A DNA stretch of 20,496 bases. Origin: Elainellales cyanobacterium. GTDB taxonomy: Bacteria; Cyanobacteriota; Cyanobacteriia; Elainellales; Elainellaceae. The notes under the pieces are model-generated. The model made no database searches and was not told where the DNA came from. It saw only the letters and a program-made list of their open reading frames with translations. Location: contig JBBRCV010000084.1 of NCBI GenBank assembly GCA_038204505.1, positions 1-20,496 on the forward strand, in the 5' to 3' direction. The translations under genes and the position numbers were made by a program. This document shows, piece by piece, positions 14,892 through 20,496 of the stretch (positions are counted from its first letter, which is position 1; the number at the start of each line of letters is the position of its first letter).

Positions 14892-17468
14892 GTGGAGTCC
14901 CGTTACAACCCGGCAGAAATTGAGGAAAAGTGGCAAAAATTTTGGGCAGAGCAAGGGATGGACAAAACTCCTGAAGCAACTGACAAGCCCAAGTTCTATG
15001 CGCTGTCCATGTTTCCCTATCCGTCCGGCAACCTGCATATGGGACACGTGCGGAACTACACCATCACCGACGTGATTGCCCGTACCCATCGAATGCAGGG
15101 CGATCGCGTGTTACACCCGATGGGCTGGGATGCTTTTGGTTTACCTGCTGAAAATGCTGCTATTAAGCAAAATAGCCATCCGGCTCAGTGGACTTATCAA
15201 AACATCGCTCAAATGAAAACTGAGCTGAAGCGGCTGGGTTTGTCCTACGACTGGGATCGGGAGGTTGCGACTTGTTCTCCTGATTACTATCGCTGGACGC
15301 AGTGGATTTTCTTGGAATTCTTCAAATCTGGCTTGGCGTATCAAAAAGAGGCGGCAGTTAATTGGGACCCTGTTGATCAAACTGTGCTGGCAAATGAGCA
15401 GGTGGATAGCGCAGGACGAGCCTGGCGATCGGGCGCATTAGTCGAAAAACGTGTGCTCCGTCAGTGGTTCCTCAAAATCACCGATTACGCTGATCAGTTG
15501 CTCAAAGATTTAGATCAATTGGACGGATGGTCCGATCGCGTCAAGGTGATGCAAGAAAACTGGATTGGCAAATCCACTGGAGCACAGGTCGTCTTTACCA
15601 CCGAGGCAGGCGATGACTTGCCCATTTTCACCACGCGCCCCGATACGCTTTGGGGAGCAACGTTCATGGTGCTGTCGCCTGAGCATCCATTGGTAGAAAA
15701 GTTAACCACTCCTGAACAGTCTGCCGCTATCCAAACTTACAAAACTGCAACAGCAGCAGAAACCGATATTGAACGCACGGCTGAGAACCGCGAAAAAACT
15801 GGCGTTTGGACGGGCAGTTACGCCATCAATCCCGTCAACAGCGAAAGGATTCCGATCTGGATTGCTGACTACGTGTTGATGGGCTACGGGACTGGAGCGA
15901 TCATGGCGGTTCCTGCCCACGACCAGCGCGACTTTGAGTTTGCTCGGAAGTTCAATTTGCCTATTAAAGCAGTTGTGCAACCTACTGACCAAGCGTTATA
16001 CGGCGCAACGATGACCGAAGCCTATCCCGGCGATGGGGTGATGGTTAATTCTGGGGCATTGGATGGCGTGGCGGCGGGTAAAGCAGCGGGGCAGAGCGTT
16101 GAGGTGGCGATCGCCTGGTTAGAGTCACAAGGCAAAGGCAAGGGCACTTCAACCTATCGGTTGCGAGACTGGCTGATTTCTCGGCAGCGCTATTGGGGTG
16201 TACCAATTCCAGTGGTGCATTGTCCGAACTGCGGCATTGTGGCAGTTCCCGAAGCAGAGTTGCCCGTTGTTTTACCAGAAGCGGTAGAGTTCTCTGGAAA
16301 AGGCGCTTCTCCCTTGGCGCAGTTAGATTGGGTCAATGTGCCTTGCCCTACCTGCGGCACTCCGGCAAAGCGCGAAACCGACACGATGGATACCTTTATT
16401 GACTCGTCCTGGTATTTCTTGCGCTACCCCGATGCTAAGAACGAGCAGCAGTTGGGCAATCCGGCAATAGTGAACGATTGGATGCCAGTTGATCAATATG
16501 TGGGTGGCATTGAACACGCGATTTTGCACTTACTGTATTCGCGGTTCGTTACTAAGTTTTTGCGCGATCGCGGTTTCCTCAATTTCGATGAGCCTTTCAA
16601 ACGTCTGCTCACGCAAGGTATGGTTCAGGGCTGGACTTACATGAATCCCAACAAAAGTGGCAATGCCCAATGGATTCCTTCTGCGCTAGTCGATTCTAAA
16701 GATCCGAAAGACCCCGAAACTGGGGAGCCATTGGTTGGGTCTTTCAAAACCATGTCTAAATCTAAATACAACGGCGTTTCACCCGATGAAGTGATTAACA
16801 AATACGGCGCAGATACCGCCCGGATGTTTATCCTATTCAAAGCGCCTCCTGAGAAGGATCTGGAATGGGATGAAGCTGATGTAGAAGGGCAGTCTCGGTT
16901 TCTTAACCGGGTTTGGCGGTTGGTAGCAGAGTTTTCTGAACGAGGGACAACGGCAGAGAAGGCGATCGCAACTCTCTCAAAACCAGAAAAAGAATTGCGT
17001 TACGCCATCCACAACGCCATTCAGCAAATCACTGAAGATTTGGCAGACGACTATCAGCTCAACACCGCCGTTTCAGAATTGATGAAACTCAGCAACGCCT
17101 TGACTGATGCACCTTGCAAAGACTCCCCCATCTACACTGAAGGCATCCAAACCTTACTCAAACTCCTTGCCCCTTTTGCCCCTCACATGGCAGAAGAACT
17201 TTGGCACGGTCTAGGATACGCTGATTCAGTTCATCATCAACCCTGGTGCATCTTCGATCCCACTGCATTAGTAGTGGATGAAATCTCGCTGGTTATCCAA
17301 GTTATGGGCAAAACACGCGGAACTATCCAAGTGCCCTCCCAAGCTGACAAACAGGCGTTAGAACAATATGCCCGCGATTCTGAACTTGCCCAGCGCCACA
17401 TTGCTGACAAGGAGATTAAAAAAGTGATTGTCGTACCTGGAAAACTGGTGAACTTTGTGCTTGGATGA
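14892..17468 (+). CDS. leuS: leucyl-tRNA synthetase
   Basis: 858 aa. HIGH-class motif HMGHVRNY. The editing domain and the KMSKS variant TMSKS ([11 protein letters not shown]) are present. The N-terminus [15 protein letters not shown] is typical of cyanobacterial LeuS. GTG start at 14892 with GAGGAG 9 nt upstream. Confidence 0.95.
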   Translation: MESRYNPAEIEEKWQKFWAEQGMDKTPEATDKPKFYALSMFPYPSGNLHMGHVRNYTITDVIARTHRMQGDRVLHPMGWDAFGLPAENAAIKQNSHPAQWTYQNIAQMKTELKRLGLSYDWDREVATCSPDYYRWTQWIFLEFFKSGLAYQKEAAVNWDPVDQTVLANEQVDSAGRAWRSGALVEKRVLRQWFLKITDYADQLLKDLDQLDGWSDRVKVMQENWIGKSTGAQVVFTTEAGDDLPIFTTRPDTLWGATFMVLSPEHPLVEKLTTPEQSAAIQTYKTATAAETDIERTAENREKTGVWTGSYAINPVNSERIPIWIADYVLMGYGTGAIMAVPAHDQRDFEFARKFNLPIKAVVQPTDQALYGATMTEAYPGDGVMVNSGALDGVAAGKAAGQSVEVAIAWLESQGKGKGTSTYRLRDWLISRQRYWGVPIPVVHCPNCGIVAVPEAELPVVLPEAVEFSGKGASPLAQLDWVNVPCPTCGTPAKRETDTMDTFIDSSWYFLRYPDAKNEQQLGNPAIVNDWMPVDQYVGGIEHAILHLLYSRFVTKFLRDRGFLNFDEPFKRLLTQGMVQGWTYMNPNKSGNAQWIPSALVDSKDPKDPETGEPLVGSFKTMSKSKYNGVSPDEVINKYGADTARMFILFKAPPEKDLEWDEADVEGQSRFLNRVWRLVAEFSERGTTAEKAIATLSKPEKELRYAIHNAIQQITEDLADDYQLNTAVSELMKLSNALTDAPCKDSPIYTEGIQTLLKLLAPFAPHMAEELWHGLGYADSVHHQPWCIFDPTALVVDEISLVIQVMGKTRGTIQVPSQADKQALEQYARDSELAQRHIADKEIKKVIVVPGKLVNFVLG

Positions 17469-17484
17469 CACCAGGAGAATTGGC

Positions 17485-18201
17485 ATGAAACCGCGAAATA
17501 TTAATCCTTTATGGGTCGGGGCTGCATTATCGACTTTGATCATTTCAGCCCTGACCGTCTATGCATTGCCTTTTTTCAAGACCCTTAATTCAAGCTCACC
17601 TGTCAGCAGTCCTGCGGTCTCTCCTTCTCTTTCCCCATCAGGTGTAGCCACCACCACAACCCAAGGTTCAAAGCAATTTCAGCCCGAAAGCCGAGTCATT
17701 CCGCTCAGTATTGAAGGACAGTCTGTAGAGGTCGAACTTAAGCTTTTTGACTTGGCTGATGTTCCGTTTACAACCTATGTGCCTGCAAAGGACTTCCAGA
17801 GCGATGTCGGTGGATCGGGAGAAGGGCAGGGCATTCGGTTCTACTTCAGTCCTACGGGCAAAAAGGATAAAGATGCCTATGTTCAAATGTTTATGCCCAG
17901 TTCACCTAATACTGTTGAAGATATCCGGCAGTTAATTTTAGGTGACGCGGGTGTTATGGCGAGCAACCAATGGGAGTTAGTCGATCGCACTGACGTAATT
18001 AGCTACCCTTGGGCAAAAGAAAAGCTGACTTATCAACAGCAAACTCAAGACATGGCTGGCGAGATGATTGTTGGCGCAATCTACATTGGAGAAGACAAAG
18101 GCAAGGCATTTTATATCCTGACCCACTATCCCGCAGAATACGCAGACGGCTTTGAACCGCGATCGGCAGTCATTTTAGAGAATTTGCAGTTTAGAGAATA
18201 G
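17485..18201 (+). CDS. hypothetical secreted or membrane-anchored protein with S/P/T-rich linker
   Basis: ATG at 17485 preceded by AGGAGA (the track start at 17455 is TTG). MKPRNINPLWVGAALSTLIISALTVYALPFF is a signal or anchor. A SSPVSSPAVSPSLSPSGVATTTTQ linker follows, then a roughly 170-aa globular domain of unknown family. Confidence 0.6.
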   Translation: MKPRNINPLWVGAALSTLIISALTVYALPFFKTLNSSSPVSSPAVSPSLSPSGVATTTTQGSKQFQPESRVIPLSIEGQSVEVELKLFDLADVPFTTYVPAKDFQSDVGGSGEGQGIRFYFSPTGKKDKDAYVQMFMPSSPNTVEDIRQLILGDAGVMASNQWELVDRTDVISYPWAKEKLTYQQQTQDMAGEMIVGAIYIGEDKGKAFYILTHYPAEYADGFEPRSAVILENLQFRE

Positions 18202-18215
18202 AAGAGGTTCACAAG

Positions 18216-19415
18216 GTGTTCATCCCCATTCTGTTTGCTCAAACCCCGCCTACTTTGGTTGATTCTATGAAAATTACCCCTGTTGCGGCTCTAGAACGTC
18301 TTTTTACCTCGCCCTCACCCAAAGCTGAGTGGTTCGCAGACTCCTTTCTCGGTCAAATTCCTTTGACTCAAATCGAGCAGCTTGTTACAGAGTTTCGGAC
18401 ATCGCTAGGAACTTATCAAGCGGTTCAACCCGACAACGGGGGATATTTAGTTCAGTTTGAAAAGGGAAAATTATCGGCTCAAATCTCGGTCAATGAGGCA
18501 GGGCTAATTACTGGACTATTATTGCAGCCTCGTGCAGATGCGATCGCCCCACCCCAAGCTATCAAACAGCTTCAAGCCCTCCCTGGTCAAACTAACCTGC
18601 TGATTCTCGAAGGCAATACCGAACTTGCCGCCCATAATGCTGATCGACCCCTTGCTGTCGGTTCCGCCTTCAAACTCGCTGTCCTTGCCGCATTGCAGGA
18701 CCAGATCAAAAAGGGCGACCCCTTCCGGGTATCTCGAAGGACTCGCTCCTGGCACGACGTTGTAGAACTCCGCCCTGAAGATAAAAGCCTGCCGAGCGGC
18801 ATTCTTCAAACCTGGTTCGATGGCGCACTTCTCACGGTACAAACCCTGGCAACGCTGATGATTTCTCAAAGCGATAATACTGCCACTGATACCTTAATTC
18901 ATCTGATGGGAAGAGAGGCGATCGCCCCTTTCGCTTCCCGTAACCGTCCCTTATTAACGACACGAGAACTCTTTGCTCTTAAAAATCCTGATAATGAGGC
19001 ATTGCTCAAGCGCTATCAAATAGGCGACATTCAGCAAAAACGCGAAGTTTTGGCAGAACTCGTATCTGCTCCAATGCCTGATGCTAGTCTCTTTGAAGGT
19101 AAACCAGTCACCCTTGAGATTGAATGGTTCTTTACTGCCCGCGAACTATGTGAATTGATGCAAAAGGTCGCAGATTTACCGCTCATGAGCGTCAATCCAG
19201 GCGGTGGCTTAGTTAATCCTGACCAATGGAAACGAGTTTCCTTCAAAGGCGGATCTGAACCTGGAGTGATCAATCTCACCACCTCGTTAGTCTCTCTCAG
19301 TGGCAAAACCTACTACGTTTCCGCAACTTGGAACAACCCAGAAGCTGCTCTAGATGAAACCAGTTTCCTAACTCTCTACAGCGGCATTCTTGAAGGATTG
19401 CGTACCCAGCGATAA
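18216..19415 (+). CDS. class-A beta-lactamase-fold serine hydrolase with ~100-aa N-terminal extra domain; no signal peptide
   Basis: SxxK (AVGSAFKLAV), SDN (ISQSDNTATD) and a K(T/G)G-like FKGGSE box appear in class-A order and spacing. The start is GTG at 18216 (AAGAGG upstream) or ATG at 18264. Begins 14 bp after the upstream ORF. Confidence 0.65.
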   Translation: MFIPILFAQTPPTLVDSMKITPVAALERLFTSPSPKAEWFADSFLGQIPLTQIEQLVTEFRTSLGTYQAVQPDNGGYLVQFEKGKLSAQISVNEAGLITGLLLQPRADAIAPPQAIKQLQALPGQTNLLILEGNTELAAHNADRPLAVGSAFKLAVLAALQDQIKKGDPFRVSRRTRSWHDVVELRPEDKSLPSGILQTWFDGALLTVQTLATLMISQSDNTATDTLIHLMGREAIAPFASRNRPLLTTRELFALKNPDNEALLKRYQIGDIQQKREVLAELVSAPMPDASLFEGKPVTLEIEWFFTARELCELMQKVADLPLMSVNPGGGLVNPDQWKRVSFKGGSEPGVINLTTSLVSLSGKTYYVSATWNNPEAALDETSFLTLYSGILEGLRTQR

Positions 19416-19428
19416 AAGGTTAGCAGGG

Positions 19429-20010
19429 TTATCCTTTCATCGCTTCTAGTAAAGCTGACAGCGCTTTATCTTCATGGGAATTAACTTGCCGATCTAACAG
19501 CGCAATGCCCACCGCTTTAGAAAGGGCGATCGCCGCCACATCTGGGTCTAGTCCCTCTATCAAAATCTCTAACGACTGCGGTACTTTCAACGCCGCCTTA
19601 ATTCCCAGCAACATCCCTTCCTCAAACCCCAACCTTTGCAACTGTGGAGCCAGCACCTCCCAATTAGCATCAGGTTCTCCCGCCTGAATCATGTACGCCA
19701 GTAGCCGTTGAAGCTTTCGTTCTTGCTGTTCCGTCATAACTGGAGGTAAAGATGGAGCGATCGCCTTTCCCTGATCCAGATTGGTCAAAATCTGCTGCCA
19801 ATCATGGGCTTCGCAGGAATTCGGCTTACCCACGGTCAAACAAACCTGAATCTTATTAGTCGTCGTATCTAACTGAGTGACCTGCGCCTGAACGCCTAAA
19901 AAGCCAAGCCACTGGGCGATCGTCGTCATCAGCGTTGAACGAGTCGCCTGACTGTTAGCAAGGAGGCGAATCTGAGTGCGAACCATTGGACTCACAAGTT
20001 GCGACAACAT
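19429..20010 (-). CDS. hypothetical protein (helical, TerB-like fold possible)
   Basis: 193 aa. ATG at 20010. No motifs recognised. Convergent with the hydrolase gene across a 13-bp gap. Confidence 0.5.
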   Translation of the reverse strand: MLSQLVSPMVRTQIRLLANSQATRSTLMTTIAQWLGFLGVQAQVTQLDTTTNKIQVCLTVGKPNSCEAHDWQQILTNLDQGKAIAPSLPPVMTEQQERKLQRLLAYMIQAGEPDANWEVLAPQLQRLGFEEGMLLGIKAALKVPQSLEILIEGLDPDVAAIALSKAVGIALLDRQVNSHEDKALSALLEAMKG

Positions 20011-20176
20011 AGGGCGACACAGGGGTATAAGAGTAAATTCAACCTACACATTAGGATAACGAAACCCTGGATTCTGGCAATTGTGCTACCAGAACGATTG
20101 CTGATTTTCCCAGGTGCATTTGGCAAGGCATTCTGGGAACAATCAACCTAACTGTCATCAAACATTTGCATCAGCT

Positions 20177-20496
20177 ATGACTAATTCCTCGTCTCAGCGG
20201 CGTGCCCTGGTCGTACAACACAACTTTTCGCCGTTCAATAACAAGCTGATCCAATCTGGCTATGCCAGTAAGGAACAGATGCAGCAAGCCCTAGTTGATA
20301 GCCGCAAAACAGGAAGACCCCTGACTGACGTATTGGCAATGATTACAGGGCAACAACTGCCCCCCGATCTGCTGCGCCAATACAAAAAGCAACAGCTCTT
20401 TGAACTCAAAATCCTCTACGGCGTTGAATCTCTCGACCCTGAAATCAGCCAAATTAACTCCAGTCAACTCACCCAGTTGATCGATGGACTCATCCC
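20177..20496 (+). CDS. 5' end of a pilB/gspE-like type IV pilus/T2SS assembly ATPase gene (N-terminal GspE-N/MshEN domain), runs off the window
   Basis: ATG at 20177. MTNSSSQRRALVVQHNFSPFNNKLIQSGYASKEQMQQALVDSRKTGRPLTDVLAMITGQQLPPDLLRQYKKQQLFELKILYGVESLDPE... matches the N-terminal domain pattern of PilB/GspE proteins. The track does not list it because it has no stop within the window. Confidence 0.55.
   Translation, partial: MTNSSSQRRALVVQHNFSPFNNKLIQSGYASKEQMQQALVDSRKTGRPLTDVLAMITGQQLPPDLLRQYKKQQLFELKILYGVESLDPEISQINSSQLTQLIDGLI

Larger units (their letters stand above)
1..20496. repeat. dispersed HIP1 octamers GCGATCGC (about 29 copies by eye, mean spacing ~700 bp); longest HIP1-free stretch 6636-8635
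   Basis: Counted by eye. HIP1 abundance is a known signature of many cyanobacterial genomes. Confidence 0.8.

Noticed and set aside
14757-15089. 110-aa minus-strand ORF and 14851-15075 plus-strand ORF at the leuS 5' end
   Set aside because: They overlap the leuS start in other frames. The leuS N-terminus MESRYNP is canonical, so a frameshift or alternative gene is not needed.
15141-17543. Multiple short ORFs inside leuS on both strands
   Set aside because: Internal to a highly conserved aminoacyl-tRNA synthetase gene.
17668-19687. ORFs 17668-17886, 17747-17935, 18519-18869, 18587-18802, 19031-19306 and 19505-19687
   Set aside because: Antisense or alternative frames within the three supported genes of this region.
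1-20496. tRNA, rRNA and CRISPR arrays
   Set aside because: I scanned for T-loop GTTCGA-type signatures and for regularly spaced direct repeats. None were found. The only regular short repeats are HIP1 octamers and the two small repeat elements reported.

Overview
This is a chromosomal segment from a cyanobacterium. The HIP1 octamer GCGATCGC is scattered through it about 29 times by eye, and leuS and a PilB-like gene are present. Reading left to right: (1) a minus-strand purine-salvage cluster made of an NCS2/AzgA-type purine permease, an EamA/DMT transporter, guanine deaminase and a small secreted protein, separated by a 550-bp AT-rich regulatory gap from a Rieske non-heme-iron oxygenase on the plus strand. 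(2) An AT-rich insert with no HIP1 copies, roughly 7.05-8.4 kb. It sits next to the 5' stump of a TM-PAS sensor gene and carries a RelE/ParE toxin encoded upstream of a Phd/YefM-like antitoxin, a 13-bp perfect direct repeat pair, and a 144-codon ORF of unknown function with faint immunity-protein-like motifs. (3) A minus-strand pair: a 570-aa polytopic membrane protein with GT-C (ArnT/PMT-like) features, directly upstream of a long flotillin/SPFH protein whose N-terminal extension is signal-like and rich in Ser/Thr/Pro/Ala. (4) A restriction-modification locus: a small ribbon-helix-helix protein, divergent from a C5-cytosine methyltransferase that resembles M.HaeIII (GGCC), with a palindromic TTAGCTAA operator array over a consensus TTGACA -35 box in the gap between them, and a 262-aa putative restriction endonuclease reading convergently into the methyltransferase. 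Only 3 GGCC sites occur in 20.5 kb against roughly 80 expected, while CCGG and GGWCC are common. This strongly suggests a GGCC restriction activity that is long-resident in this lineage. (5) leuS, then a two-gene unit of a secreted S/P-rich protein and a class-A beta-lactamase-fold serine hydrolase, a 193-aa hypothetical, and the 5' end of a pilB/gspE-like gene. No tRNA, rRNA or CRISPR array was found.
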